The notes: generated by a model not told the origin, from the letters alone. A stretch of DNA of 64,000 nt from Candidatus Dormiibacterota bacterium (GCA_036395015.1 DASWDZ010000084.1:6151-70150), one strand, 5' to 3'. Positions 1 to 9,143 are shown, counted from the stretch's first letter. Numbers and translations are program-made.

Positions 1-467
1 ATCTCCTCCGACTGGCTGGAGATCGAGGCCACGTGGGCCACGTCCTGGTCGTCCTTCACGGGTACGGAGAGGTTCTTGATCTCAGCGACCACGGCTTCGA
101 CCGCCTTCTCGATGCCGAGCTTGAGCTGCATCGGGTTGGCGCCCGCAGTGACGTTGCGGAAGCCCTCGTTGATCATGGTCTGGGCCAGGATCGTCGCCGT
201 GGTGGTGCCGTCACCGGCCACATCGTTCGTCTTGGTCGCGACCTCGCGCAGGAGCTGGGCGCCGGTGTTCTCCATCGGGTCCTTGAGCTCGATCTCGCGG
301 ACGATCGTCACTCCGTCGTTGGTGACGGTCGGTGCGCCGAACTTCTTCTCGAGCACCACGTTGCGACCCTTGGGGCCGAGCGTGATGCGTACGGACTGGG
401 CAACGGTGTCGATGCCCTTCTTGAGGTGCTGTCGCGCCTCAACATCGAATGTGACAATTTTCGCCAT
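1..467 (-). CDS. groEL: Chaperonin GroEL, N-terminal part (gene runs off the window start)
   Basis: Absent from the ORF track because it is truncated by the window edge. The reverse complement from the ATG at 465-467 reads [36 protein letters not shown]. It lies directly downstream of groES with a GAGGGG-type SD. Confidence 0.95.
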   Translation of the reverse strand, partial: MAKIVTFDVEARQHLKKGIDTVAQSVRITLGPKGRNVVLEKKFGAPTVTNDGVTIVREIELKDPMENTGAQLLREVATKTNDVAGDGTTTATILAQTMINEGFRNVTAGANPMQLKLGIEKAVEAVVAEIKNLSVPVKDDQDVAHVASISSQSEE

Positions 468-491
468 ATGCGTTCCCCTCTTCTACCTTGA

Positions 492-836
492 TTACTTCTT
501 GGCCTGCCCAGAACCGGCGCCTACCGGCTGCTTCTCCGTCGCGCCGTTCGTGCCGATCACGGCCAGCACGTCCTTCTCGGAAACGATCAGGTACTCGACC
601 TCGTCGAGCTTGAACTCGTTGCCGGCGTACTTGGCGTAGAGCACCTTGTCGCCGACCTTGAGCTCCATCGGCACCTTGGTGCCGTTGTCGAGGATCCTTC
701 CCGTGCCCACGGCCTGGACGATGCCCTCCTGGGGCTTCTCCTTGGCGGTGTCCGGAAGCACGATCCCGCTCTTGGTCTTCTCTTCTCTATCGACCGGCTT
801 GACCACCACGCGGTCGCCCAACGGTCTCAGGTTCAT
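492..836 (-). CDS. groES: Co-chaperonin GroES (about 18 aa C-terminal extension)
   Basis: [38 protein letters not shown] is the canonical Cpn10 N-terminus. ATG start with a GGAGG SD upstream. Confidence 0.95.
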   Translation of the reverse strand: MNLRPLGDRVVVKPVDREEKTKSGIVLPDTAKEKPQEGIVQAVGTGRILDNGTKVPMELKVGDKVLYAKYAGNEFKLDEVEYLIVSEKDVLAVIGTNGATEKQPVGAGSGQAKK

Positions 837-863
837 GTGCAGCCCTCCTCAGCTGATCTGGAA

Positions 864-914
864 TTAGCACTCCCCCCGCCCGAGCGCTTAGCACTCTGGC
901 GGGTCGACTGCTAA
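864..914 (-). promoter_or_regulatory. Two overlapping CIRCE (HrcA operator) inverted repeats upstream of groES
   Basis: Site 1 is TTAGCACTC-N9-GAGCGCTTA (864-890). Site 2 is TTAGCACTC-N9-GACTGCTAA (888-914). The consensus is TTAGCACTC-N9-GAGTGCTAA, and the right arm of site 1 overlaps the left arm of site 2. Confidence 0.8.
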
Positions 915-941
915 ATCTTAATACCCCGTGGGGCGCAGCTG

Positions 942-1184
942 CTAACACTGCTCTTCCGGCTCGGCTTCCGGAGGCCTGTCCTCGGCCTCCTTCATCAGCC
1001 GCCGGGCGGCGGCCGCCTGGCCGTCGGGGACCGTCAAACGCGCTTCGGTGAAGTCAATCCCGACCCCGTAACCAGTGTCCCCGAAGACCTCGACCCTGAT
1101 GCCGTTTGCCTCGAGCACGGCGGCCAGGAGGTCCGCTTCGATGCGGTGTCCACGGAAGACGACCGTCCAGCCCTTGATGCCCAC
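942..1184 (-). CDS. Small hypothetical protein, DUF2007-like (putative signal-transducing fold)
   Basis: 80 aa ORF with a GTG start that fills the gap between tsaD and groES. The short alpha/beta-like sequence ends in an acidic tail. The family call is tentative. Confidence 0.5.
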   Translation of the reverse strand: MGIKGWTVVFRGHRIEADLLAAVLEANGIRVEVFGDTGYGVGIDFTEARLTVPDGQAAAARRLMKEAEDRPPEAEPEEQC

Positions 1185-1188
1185 CCGG

Positions 1189-2166
1189 CTACCAGCTTAA
1201 GGAGGGTTCGACGTCGGCGGGCTGGCCGGCGGAGTGGTAGCCGGCGGCGGCGATCATGGCCGCGTTGTCGGTGCAGAGCTCGAGGGGGGGCATCGTGAGT
1301 CGGGCGCGGCCGTCGACGACCTCGGCGGCCCGTTTGCGGAGAAGGGTGTTGGCGGCGACGCCCCCGGCGACCACCACCTCCGTGGCCCCAGCCTCCTCCA
1401 GGGCCCGATCTAGCTTCTCCAGCAGCGACTCCACGACCGAGTGCTCGAAGGAGGCCGCGAGATCGGCGCGGTCCTGGTCGGTGACCGATTCACCGAGATC
1501 ACGCAGGCGATAGAGGAGAGCGGTCTTCAGGCCGCTGAAGCTGTACTCGAGGCCTGGCAGTGACGGCTTCGGCAAAGGCTGGCGACGTGGGTCACCCCTG
1601 CGGGCGAGGCGGTCGAGCGCCGGGCCGCCTGGAAATCCGAGGCCGAGCATGCGCGCCGCCTTGTCGAAGGCTTCGCCGGCGGCGTCGTCGCGGGTGCGTC
1701 CGAGCACCTCGAACCGCCCGTGCTCGGGCATGTGCACGAGGTCTGAGTGCGCGCCACTGACGACCAGTCCCAGGAGTGGTGGCTCCAGGTCAGACCGGCT
1801 GAGCATCGCGGCGTAGATGTGGCCCCACAGGTGGTTGACTCCCGTCAGCCGCTTCGACCACGCCGTCGCCAGCCCCTCCCCCACGCCGACCCCGACGAGC
1901 AGGCAACCCACCAGCCCCGGACCGCGTGTCACCGCGAGCAGGTCGAGGTCAGCCGGCGCCACCGCCGCTCTCTCGAGGGCGAGATCCAGGAGATGCGGAA
2001 GGCGCTCCAGGTGGTCGCGCGCGGCAAGCTCGGGCACCACGCCGCCGAACCCTCGGTGCAGATCGACCTGGGAGTGGATGACGTTGGAGCGAATGGTGCG
2101 GCCGTCCTCGACAACGGCGACGGACGTCTCGTCGCAGGACGTTTCGATGCCGAGAGTCAGTGCCAA
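1189..2166 (-). CDS. tsaD: tRNA N6-adenosine threonylcarbamoyltransferase TsaD (Kae1/Gcp family)
   Basis: LGIETSCDETSVAVV plus HxxGH-type motifs. I prefer the TTG at 2166 (LALTLGIETS) because the ATG at 2205 sits inside the loop of an intergenic hairpin repeat. The start is uncertain (2166 or 2205). Confidence 0.9.
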   Translation of the reverse strand: MALTLGIETSCDETSVAVVEDGRTIRSNVIHSQVDLHRGFGGVVPELAARDHLERLPHLLDLALERAAVAPADLDLLAVTRGPGLVGCLLVGVGVGEGLATAWSKRLTGVNHLWGHIYAAMLSRSDLEPPLLGLVVSGAHSDLVHMPEHGRFEVLGRTRDDAAGEAFDKAARMLGLGFPGGPALDRLARRGDPRRQPLPKPSLPGLEYSFSGLKTALLYRLRDLGESVTDQDRADLAASFEHSVVESLLEKLDRALEEAGATEVVVAGGVAANTLLRKRAAEVVDGRARLTMPPLELCTDNAAMIAAAGYHSAGQPADVEPSLSW

Positions 2167-2189
2167 CCCCGACCGCCCCTCCGGCGCTT

Positions 2190-2219
2190 CGCGCCACCTC
2201 CCCATGAATGGGGAGGAGT
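2190..2219. repeat. GC-rich palindromic intergenic repeat, copy a (CCTCCCCA-TGAA-TGGGGAGG)
   Basis: 8-bp perfect stem. The 30-nt string 2190-2219 is identical to 42054-42083. Confidence 0.85.
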
Positions 2220-2224
2220 CTTTC

Positions 2225-2830
2225 TTACTGCTCCCCAGTCGTCAGGAGGTCGCGGCGCAGTCCGCGGACCTCGGAGTCGATCCGCTCCAGGTTCCCCTCG
2301 TACGCCTTGCGAAAACGCGGCGAGTGGATCGAGTCCGACCACATGACGATCGCGTCCTCGCCGTTGTCGGTGTAGTAGCCCTTGCGGCGCCCGATGACCT
2401 TGAACCCGAAGTTCTCGTACATCTTCATCGCGTTGTCGTTCGTCGTCCGGACCTCGAGGGTCACCCACTTGGCGCCCATGTCGTAGGCGGCCTGGACCAG
2501 GCCCGCGAAGATGATTCGTCCGTACCCTCGGTGCTGGAGGTCCTGGCGGACGCCGATCGTCGTCACGTGCGCCTCGTCGTACATGCGCCACATGCCGCCG
2601 TAGCCGATGATCGTCGAGTCGAAGTCGGCGCCGCGATACGCGGACGGTCGCTCGACCGTCCCTTCCTGCCGCAGGACGACGTAGTGCGCGCTCGCGCGCG
2701 ACGCGAGCTCGCGGTAGTAGGCGTTGCGCGGCCAGGGCGTGGCGAAGATCTCGCGCTCGATCTCCTGGACCGTGTTGACGTCCGCCTCGCGCATCAGCTC
2801 CAGGGCGAGCTGCTGCCCGATCTGGACCAC
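2225..2830 (-). CDS. rimI: GNAT acetyltransferase, ribosomal-protein-alanine N-acetyltransferase RimI-like
   Basis: GNAT motifs (RQDLQHRGYGRIIFAGLV) in the conserved tsaB-rimI-tsaD context. The GTG start abuts the tsaB stop; an alternative ATG lies at 2794. Confidence 0.8.
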   Translation of the reverse strand: MVQIGQQLALELMREADVNTVQEIEREIFATPWPRNAYYRELASRASAHYVVLRQEGTVERPSAYRGADFDSTIIGYGGMWRMYDEAHVTTIGVRQDLQHRGYGRIIFAGLVQAAYDMGAKWVTLEVRTTNDNAMKMYENFGFKVIGRRKGYYTDNGEDAIVMWSDSIHSPRFRKAYEGNLERIDSEVRGLRRDLLTTGEQ

Positions 2831-3409
2831 TTAAGCCTTCGAAGAAAACGACTGCATGTATTCGATTTCGAGACTACCATAGGGAACTTCGCGTGCCGTC
2901 TCGAGCATTCCCGCGACGGCCTCGCCGAAAGTCCGCAGCCTTTCCTCGGGCACGAAACGCAAGCCCGCCGCCACCAGCGATCGCTCCGTCGACGGCTGCA
3001 CCCAGCCAACGGCGACATGGTCGTTGGGCAGGTCGGCAGGTTCCGCATGACCAGGCCGCCCGCCGGGAGCAAGGAAGTAGACGCGTCCGCGACCAGCCTC
3101 GGCGACCGCCAGGACATCGTCGTCGCTGCGCGCGGCCTGGATCCCGAGCGTCGGCAGTGGGACGATCGGAATCCGCAGCCCGATCGCCAGGCCCAGCCCA
3201 AAGGAGACGCCGACCCGGAGGCCCGTGAAGGAGCCGGGCCCGGTGGCGACGGCCACCCTCGTGAGCCGCCGTCCGACCGCCATGTCGCGGAGGACGTCGC
3301 GTAGCCCCTCAGCGCGGGCCGGAAGCCGCATCTCGGCGCGGACCTCTCCAGTCGGTTCGATCAGCGCCAGCGCGCAGACCGCTGACGAGGTGTCAACGAC
3401 GAAGGTCAT
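2831..3409 (-). CDS. tsaB: tRNA threonylcarbamoyladenosine biosynthesis protein TsaB (YeaZ)
   Basis: N-terminus MTFVVDTSSAVCALALIE and GPGSFTGLRVG motif, in tsaE-tsaB-rimI-tsaD synteny. Confidence 0.85.
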   Translation of the reverse strand: MTFVVDTSSAVCALALIEPTGEVRAEMRLPARAEGLRDVLRDMAVGRRLTRVAVATGPGSFTGLRVGVSFGLGLAIGLRIPIVPLPTLGIQAARSDDDVLAVAEAGRGRVYFLAPGGRPGHAEPADLPNDHVAVGWVQPSTERSLVAAGLRFVPEERLRTFGEAVAGMLETAREVPYGSLEIEYMQSFSSKA

Positions 3410-3806
3410 GTCTGGTCCTGATCAGGCGGCGGTCGCCGCCAAGGTGCTCGATCTCGATGTGGGCCGCCCCATCGACATCGAGCCGCTCTCCCCACTCGAC
3501 GACGACCGCGCCCCCCTCCGCCAGCTCCTCGAGCCCGAGATCTGCCAGCTCAGCCTCGTTCTCGACGCGGTAAAGGTCGACGTGGGCCAGCTGTACGCGA
3601 CCGGGGTAGACCCGGACGAGCTGGAACGTGGGGCTGGCGACCTGCGCTCGAGACCCCGTGCCCCGCGCGACCCCGCGCACGAAGGTGGTCTTGCCGGCGC
3701 CCAGCTCGCCTGTCAAGAGCACGATGTCACCGGCACGGAGCTGCTTGCCGAGCACCGTCCCCGCACGCTCCGTCTCCCCGGGGGAGTTGGTCACGATGTC
3801 AGCCAA
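3393..3806 (-). CDS. tsaE: tRNA t6A ATPase TsaE (YjeE)
   Basis: Walker A GELGAGKTTFVRG and the DLYR motif. Candidate starts are GTG 3839, TTG 3806 and GTG 3794, so the start is uncertain. Confidence 0.85.
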   Translation of the reverse strand: MADIVTNSPGETERAGTVLGKQLRAGDIVLLTGELGAGKTTFVRGVARGTGSRAQVASPTFQLVRVYPGRVQLAHVDLYRVENEAELADLGLEELAEGGAVVVEWGERLDVDGAAHIEIEHLGGDRRLIRTRHDLRR

Positions 3807-4650
3807 AGTGGTCGTAGCCGGTGCTCTTGAGCCTGGCACCCGAGACCTTGACGTCCTTGTCGCCGGTCATCTCGCCCACCACCTGGAGACCGGCTTGCGC
3901 AATCAGGTCCGCCGGCCCGACGCACACCAGCTCCGCCTCCTCGCCGCCCGTGAGCGCGTCCTCGAGCGACGCCCCTTCGGCGCGCGGCACGCGCTCGGCC
4001 TGCAGGATGCACCCGGCTCCGGACATGGCCGCGAACTTCTCCATCTCCCTGACGAGGCCGTCGGAGATATCGCCGCAGCACAGACCGAGCGTGTTGAGCC
4101 GGCGCCCTTCCTCTATCAACGGCAGCAGGCGATGCACGCGGCGTTCACGGAGAGCGACCGCGGCCGTGCCGAGAGCACCGGTGACCGCGACCGACCAGCC
4201 CGGCTGCGCCTGCGCGCGCGCCAGGGGCATCCTCTCGGTCCGGCCGGCAACGGTGAGCGACAGCACCGCCGGACCATCGATCGCGCTCATGTCGCCTCCG
4301 GAGAGCTGCAGCCTGTAGCGATCCGCCAGCGACCCCATGCCCGCGTAGAGGCCGGTCAGGTGCTCGACCGTCCATCGCCTCGGGATGGCCACCGACGCGA
4401 GCGCCCACGCCGGCTCGGCGCCTTTGGCAGCGAGGTCGCCGAGGGCCAGGGCGAGCGAGCGCCACCCGGCGTCGCCGGCGGTCATCCAGCCGAGGTCGAA
4501 GTGGACGCCCTCCACGAACATGTCCGTGCTTGCGACCACGAAGCCCGCGGCGTCCGCGATCACCGCCGCGTCGTCCCCTGTCGCGCCGGGCGCCAGGTAT
4601 GGCTTGAGGCGCTCGAGCAGCCCGAGCTCGCCTTCGCCCTCTACGCTCAC
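3799..4650 (-). CDS. thiL: Thiamine-monophosphate kinase ThiL
   Basis: GDDAAVI and STDMFVEGVHFD motifs. The GTG at 4650 overlaps the thiE stop as GTGA (verified in the sequence). Confidence 0.85.
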   Translation of the reverse strand: MSVEGEGELGLLERLKPYLAPGATGDDAAVIADAAGFVVASTDMFVEGVHFDLGWMTAGDAGWRSLALALGDLAAKGAEPAWALASVAIPRRWTVEHLTGLYAGMGSLADRYRLQLSGGDMSAIDGPAVLSLTVAGRTERMPLARAQAQPGWSVAVTGALGTAAVALRERRVHRLLPLIEEGRRLNTLGLCCGDISDGLVREMEKFAAMSGAGCILQAERVPRAEGASLEDALTGGEEAELVCVGPADLIAQAGLQVVGEMTGDKDVKVSGARLKSTGYDHFG

Positions 4651-5297
4651 GAGGTCAATATCGCACGCAGCCTGCGCGCCGCCTGCTCGGGGTCGGCCGC
4701 GCCGGCCACCGCCCGGATGACACACGCGCGGCGTACGCCCAGCTCGGTCAGCGTGTGGAGGTTCGTCTCGTCGATGCCGCCGATCGCGAAGACCGGGATG
4801 TCGAGGGCAGCCGCCACCGCGGCTATCCCCGCCGGCCCGACGACGACCTTTTCCGGCTTCAGAGGAGTCGCGAAGGCGGGCCCGCAGCCGACGTAGTCCG
4901 CGCCCGGCTGGACGGCGTCTGCGCTGGACGCGGAGACGCCGATGAGCAGGCGGTCACCGGCCACCTTCCGCGCGGAGGCGACGCTCAGGTCGTCGGGCCC
5001 GAGATGGACCCCGTCCGCGCCGCTGAGCAACGCGATGTCGACGTAGTCGTTGACGATCAACAGGGCGTCCTCCACGACCTCGCGCACCCGCCGCGCCAGC
5101 TCGAGCAGCTCGCCACGCGGAAGTGTCTTGTGGCGGAGCTGAATGACGTCGGCGCCCCCCCGCACCGCCGCAGCCGCGATCGCGATGACGCGTTCTTGGG
5201 ATGCGTCGAGAGTAATGACATAAAGCTTCGCGTCGCGAAGCTTCAGGAGAGGATCTGGCGCAGCTTCTCTCGGAACGCTTTGGGGGCGGTGTCGCAT
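4647..5297 (-). CDS. thiE: Thiamine-phosphate synthase ThiE
   Basis: The conserved core starts at KLYVITLD, followed by VIQLRHK and IGGI motifs. The start is uncertain: ATG 5297 overlaps the anti-sigma gene by 55 nt, and CTG 5246 forms a cTGA overlap with the upstream stop. Confidence 0.8.
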   Translation of the reverse strand: MRHRPQSVPREAAPDPLLKLRDAKLYVITLDASQERVIAIAAAAVRGGADVIQLRHKTLPRGELLELARRVREVVEDALLIVNDYVDIALLSGADGVHLGPDDLSVASARKVAGDRLLIGVSASSADAVQPGADYVGCGPAFATPLKPEKVVVGPAGIAAVAAALDIPVFAIGGIDETNLHTLTELGVRRACVIRAVAGAADPEQAARRLRAILTS

Positions 5298-5461
5298 TCG
5301 CACGAGTGCTTGACCAGGCGCTTCAGGTGCTCCTGGAACTCGTAGTGCTCCATGCAGTCGGGGCACCCCTCCAGGTGCAGCTGAATCTCCAGCGCCTCCG
5401 TGTTCGTCAGCTCTCGATCGACGTAGCGATCGAGCTTGTCACCACACTCTTCACACCTCAT
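5243..5461 (-). CDS. Zinc-binding anti-sigma factor (ZAS, RsrA-like)
   Basis: 72 aa with an HxxxCxxC motif (HLEGCPDC) plus N-terminal Cys residues. ATGA overlap with the ECF sigma stop. Confidence 0.8.
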   Translation of the reverse strand: MRCEECGDKLDRYVDRELTNTEALEIQLHLEGCPDCMEHYEFQEHLKRLVKHSCECDTAPKAFREKLRQILS

Positions 5462-6036
5462 TGCTGTGGCACCTGGCTGGCTCCGCTGGCGCGCACGATA
5501 CCCGATTCGAGCGCGTAGTCATAGAGGGATTTTTGAAGCTGCTGGCGGGCGCGGTGGAGCCGAGACATGACGGTCCCGATGGGCACGCCCAGGGTTTGCG
5601 CAGCATCCTTGTAGGAGAAACCCTCGACGTCCACCAGCAGGACGACCTCGCGGTGCAGCGGGGGCAGCTTGTCCACCGCCGCCACGACCTCGGACGCGGC
5701 GATCTTGTCCAGGACGTCGGCCTCGGGCCGCGCCCCCTCGTCGCGCAGCTTGTCGTAGAGGACGAACTCGCCAACGTCATCGAGGCTCACATCGTCCTTG
5801 CGCGAGCCCTTGAATCGGTCCCAGAAGAGGTTGCGCATGATCGCGAACAACCAGGCCTTCATGTTCGTGCCGGCCTGGTAGCTGTGCTGGTAGCGCAGCG
5901 CGCGCAGGTACGCCTCCTGGACCAGGTCCTGCGCCTGGTCCGGGTCGTGCGTGAGCCGGACCGCGCCCCTGTACAGAGTGTCGAGATGTGTCAATGCTTC
6001 TTCCGCGAAGGCAGTCTGTGCGGCGGACTCCGCCAT
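5458..6036 (-). CDS. ECF RNA polymerase sigma factor (SigH/SigR-like)
   Basis: The internal ATG at 6036 gives a 192 aa protein with sigma-70 region 2 (DLVQEAYLRALRY) and region 4 (SYKDAAQTLGVPIGTVMSRLHRAR). The longer 509 aa ORF upstream is antisense to a real gene. Confidence 0.9.
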   Translation of the reverse strand: MAESAAQTAFAEEALTHLDTLYRGAVRLTHDPDQAQDLVQEAYLRALRYQHSYQAGTNMKAWLFAIMRNLFWDRFKGSRKDDVSLDDVGEFVLYDKLRDEGARPEADVLDKIAASEVVAAVDKLPPLHREVVLLVDVEGFSYKDAAQTLGVPIGTVMSRLHRARQQLQKSLYDYALESGIVRASGASQVPQQ

Positions 6037-6084
6037 CAGTAACGCCACTGTACGATCACCTGCCTTGCAATCATTGGAAACGGG

Positions 6085-7143
6085 ATGGGACCAGGCGTAT
6101 TCCCCGTGAGCCGGCCTCTGCGGATTGTCCAGGTGGGGATGGGATTCTGGGGCCGCGATTGGGCCCGCTTTGTCATCCCGGAAGTGCCGGAGGTTGAGCT
6201 CGTCGGCTGCGTGGATTCGGATCCGCGCGCCCTGACGCTGACGCAGCAGCTGACCTCGATTTCGCCGGACCGCTGCTTCAACTCGCTCGAAGCCGCTCTC
6301 GAGGCGACGCGTCCGGACGCCGTCCTCAACACGACAACCCTGCCCGGTCACGCCCCGATCTCCACCACGGCGCTCGAGGCGGGCGCGCATGTCCTGGTCG
6401 AAAAGCCGTTCACCGACTCGCTGGAGTGCGCCAAGGAACTGGTGGAGCTGGCCGCCACCAAAGGACGCACTTTGATGGTGAGCCAGAACTACCGGTTCTT
6501 CCCGGCGGTGCGCACGGTCGCCAAATTCGTCCAGGAAGGCTCGCTCGGCGAGCTGTACCAGGTCGCGATCGACTTCCGCCGCAACGATCCATCCCCACCT
6601 TATCCGCGACGCCGGCACCACGTCGCGGACGAGCAACCGCTCCTGATCGACATGGCCATCCATCATTACGACCTGCTGCGACTCATCCTCGCCGGCGAGG
6701 CAGCGAGAGTGTCGTGCGCAGTATCGAACCCGCCCTGGAGCGGTTTTCACGGCCCTCCCGCGGCGATCGGGTCGATCCTCTTCGAAAACGGCGTCTCCGT
6801 CAGCTATCGAGGCAGCTGGATCAGCGCGGCCAACCAGACCGCCTGGGCGGGCGAATGGCGGATGGAGTTTGAGGGTGGCCACCTGTTCTTCACGAGCCGG
6901 GGCGAGGACAATGTGTTGCTGGACAAGGTGGTGGTGAAACCCCGCCGAGGCAGGTCCAGGAAGCTCGCCCTGCCGACACTGGCCCACATCGACCGGGCCG
7001 GTGCGCTAGCCGAGTTTGCTGCGGCGCTCCAGGCAGGACGTGAGCCCGAGACATCGGGTCGCAAGAACCTCGGCACCATCGCGCTGATGGCGGCGGCGGT
7101 CGAGTCTGCCGCCCGCGGCGAATGGGTGCGGGTCGCCGTTTAG
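6085..7143 (+). CDS. Gfo/Idh/MocA family oxidoreductase
   Basis: Rossmann N-terminus RIVQVGMGFWG and the EKP motif (VLVEKPF). Confidence 0.8.
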   Translation: MGPGVFPVSRPLRIVQVGMGFWGRDWARFVIPEVPEVELVGCVDSDPRALTLTQQLTSISPDRCFNSLEAALEATRPDAVLNTTTLPGHAPISTTALEAGAHVLVEKPFTDSLECAKELVELAATKGRTLMVSQNYRFFPAVRTVAKFVQEGSLGELYQVAIDFRRNDPSPPYPRRRHHVADEQPLLIDMAIHHYDLLRLILAGEAARVSCAVSNPPWSGFHGPPAAIGSILFENGVSVSYRGSWISAANQTAWAGEWRMEFEGGHLFFTSRGEDNVLLDKVVVKPRRGRSRKLALPTLAHIDRAGALAEFAAALQAGREPETSGRKNLGTIALMAAAVESAARGEWVRVAV

Positions 7144-7148
7144 GCACC

Positions 7149-8207
7149 ATGGCGTCAGTCAGCTTTCGACACGTCACGAAGCGATTCCGGGGTGGGGACG
7201 TCGCCGTGAGCGACCTCTGCCTGGACGTCGCCGACGGCGAGTTCATGGTCGTCGTCGGCCCCTCCGGTTGCGGCAAGTCGACGCTGCTCCGGCTGCTCGC
7301 CGGCCTCGAAGACATGGACCGGGGCGAAATCTGGCTCGGAGACACGATGGTCAACGAAGTGCCGACCCGGAATCGAGAGGTCTCGATGGTCTTCCAGGAC
7401 TACGCCCTCTATCCGCACCTCTCTGCCTTCGACAACATGGGGTTTGGTCTCCGCATGCAAGGCGTGGCGGCGCCCGAGATCGCGTGGCGAGTCAGCAGGG
7501 CGGCCGACATCCTCGAGATCGTTCCGATCCTGGACCGCAAGCCCCCAGTGCTCTCAGGCGGCGAGCGACAGCGCGTCGCGCTGGGCCGCGCGATCGTCAA
7601 GAACCCGCGTGCGTTCCTGCTGGACGAGCCCCTCTCCAGCATCGACGCCAGGCTGCGTGAGCAGATGCGGGTGGAGCTGCGCAAGATCCATCGCAAACTT
7701 CGGGCGACCTTCATCTATGTGACGCACGACCAGGTCGAGGCGATGACGTTGGGCGATCGGATCGCCGTCATGAAGGATGGGGTGCTGCAACAGGTGGCGC
7801 CGCCCACCGACATCTACGACCATCCCATCAACCTGTTCGTCGCCGGTTTCATCGGCACGCCGGCGATGAACTTCATCCCGGTCACCCTCAACGGCCGGAA
7901 GGCGAAAGGCTCGGCCATCGAGATCGAACTGCCCTATCCGTCGCGTGTCGACCGCGCGGTGCTCGGAATCCGGCCCGAGGCGATGACCGACCGCCTCGAT
8001 CCTCGTATGCCTACGATTGAGATGAAAGTCGAGATGGCGGAGTCGGTCGGCCAGCACCAGCTCATCTACGGTGTCGCCGGTGACGACGGAATCGTCGCCC
8101 GGATCGACTCCCATGCCCACGTGAACCGGGGGGATCACATGCGGCTCGGGCTCGACATCCGGTCGATCCATCTATTCGACGCCCAGACGGGCCAGGCGTT
8201 CATGTGA
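7149..8207 (+). CDS. ABC sugar transporter ATP-binding protein (MalK/MsiK/UgpC type)
   Basis: Walker [10 protein letters not shown], signature LSGGERQRV, Walker B FLLDEP, and a C-terminal TOBE-like domain. ATG at 7149 just after the upstream stop. Confidence 0.9.
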   Translation: MASVSFRHVTKRFRGGDVAVSDLCLDVADGEFMVVVGPSGCGKSTLLRLLAGLEDMDRGEIWLGDTMVNEVPTRNREVSMVFQDYALYPHLSAFDNMGFGLRMQGVAAPEIAWRVSRAADILEIVPILDRKPPVLSGGERQRVALGRAIVKNPRAFLLDEPLSSIDARLREQMRVELRKIHRKLRATFIYVTHDQVEAMTLGDRIAVMKDGVLQQVAPPTDIYDHPINLFVAGFIGTPAMNFIPVTLNGRKAKGSAIEIELPYPSRVDRAVLGIRPEAMTDRLDPRMPTIEMKVEMAESVGQHQLIYGVAGDDGIVARIDSHAHVNRGDHMRLGLDIRSIHLFDAQTGQAFM

Positions 8208-9061
8208 TCGCGCTCGATGCCTTCGGCCGGACCGGACATCGCAGCAGCCGAGCCATCTTCGGAGCGGCTGCCCTGTCGCAGGTCGATCAGTCGACCGCTG
8301 ACCGCACGCTCGACGTGCTCCTTCAGTACGGCGTCAACCACATCGACACGGCGGCGGGCTACGGCGACTCCGAGCTTCGCATCGCGCCCTGGCTCAAACG
8401 CGAGCCCGGCCGCTTCTTCCTGGCGACCAAGACAGGTGAGCGGAAGGCCGACGCCGCGCGCGAGCAGCTGCACCGCTCGCTCGACCGTCTCGGCGTCGAC
8501 CACGTCGATCTCTGGCAGCTGCACAGCCTGGCCGATCCGATCGAGTGGGACACGGCGCTCAGCCCGGGCGGGGTGATCGAAGCGGCGGTCGAGGCGCGTG
8601 AGGCGGGCCTGGTCCGTTTCATCGGCGTCACGGGCCATGGGATTCAGATCGCCGCCGGCCACCGGCGGTCGCTGGCTCGATTTGAATTCGACTCGGTCCT
8701 CCTCCCCTACAACTTCGTGACCATGCAAGAGCCGTACTACGCAAACAACTTCGAGGCGCTTCTCAGCACGTGCGCCGAACGTCAGGTCGCGGTCCAGACG
8801 ATCAAGTCCATCGCGCTGCGGCCGTGGATGGGACGCGACCGCACGCGGACGACGTGGTATGAGCCGCTGGAGGAGCAGGCGGCGATCGACCTCGCGGTCT
8901 GGTGGGTGCTCGGACGTCCGGGTGTGTTCCTCAACACCGTGGGCGATGTCGATCTGCTTCCCGGGGTGCTGGACGCCGCCTCGCGCTTCGAGCGGCGACC
9001 AAACGACGAAGAGATGGCGCGCATGGTGGAGCACGCGCGGCTCGAGCCGATCTTTCCCTGA
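8204..9061 (+). CDS. Aldo/keto reductase family oxidoreductase
   Basis: AKR-like sequence ([15 protein letters not shown]). GTGA overlap with the ATPase stop. Confidence 0.8.
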   Translation: MIALDAFGRTGHRSSRAIFGAAALSQVDQSTADRTLDVLLQYGVNHIDTAAGYGDSELRIAPWLKREPGRFFLATKTGERKADAAREQLHRSLDRLGVDHVDLWQLHSLADPIEWDTALSPGGVIEAAVEAREAGLVRFIGVTGHGIQIAAGHRRSLARFEFDSVLLPYNFVTMQEPYYANNFEALLSTCAERQVAVQTIKSIALRPWMGRDRTRTTWYEPLEEQAAIDLAVWWVLGRPGVFLNTVGDVDLLPGVLDAASRFERRPNDEEMARMVEHARLEPIFP

Positions 9062-9080
9062 CCCGACGGCCGCCGGAGTA

Positions 9081-9118
9081 TCAGCCCTTGAGGCTGCCCG
9101 CGGTCACTCCCTGGAAAG
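9081..9118 (-). repeat. Relic duplicate of the 3' end of the permease gene at 9245
   Basis: Starting at the stop codon, 32 of the first 35 nt match 9245-9279. It would encode FQGVTAGSLKG*, versus FIQGVTAGSLKG* in the intact gene. Confidence 0.7.
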
Positions 9119-9143
9119 CGCGGGGGATCAGGATCCCCCCGCG
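9118..9143. terminator. GC-rich stem-loop in the convergent intergenic region
   Basis: GGGGGATC / GATCCCCC inverted repeat between the AKR stop (9061) and the permease stop (9245). There is no clear U-tract. Confidence 0.4.

Noticed and set aside
1817-3304. Long plus-strand ORF (495 aa). Similar long antisense or alternate-frame ORFs include 8135-9034, 13343-14422, 15016-16524, 20016-21290, 21089-22276, 22532-23665, 26505-28130, 33430-34680, 42072-43430, 53505-54854, 59181-60872 and 62177-63784
   Set aside because: All lie opposite to, or out of frame with, genes that have clear family motifs. All have the Arg/Gly/Ala/Pro/Asp-rich, motif-less composition typical of open non-coding frames in GC-rich DNA.
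5298-5460. TPP riboswitch upstream of thiE
   Set aside because: The space upstream of thiE is fully occupied by the anti-sigma coding sequence, and no THI-box-like CUGAGA element is visible.
6037-6084. Autoregulatory ECF (SigR-type) promoter upstream of the sigma gene
   Set aside because: There is only a weak CCAAT-N18-CGTAC resemblance to GGAAT-N18-GTT. That is not enough to call a feature, so it is mentioned only as context in a finding.
6037-6987. N-terminal 317 aa of the 509 aa ORF 5458-6987 (a giant sigma factor?)
   Set aside because: That part is antisense to a well-supported Gfo/Idh/MocA gene (6085-7143) and has an Arg/Gly/Ala-rich composition with no motifs. The sigma-70 regions begin only after the internal ATG at 6036.
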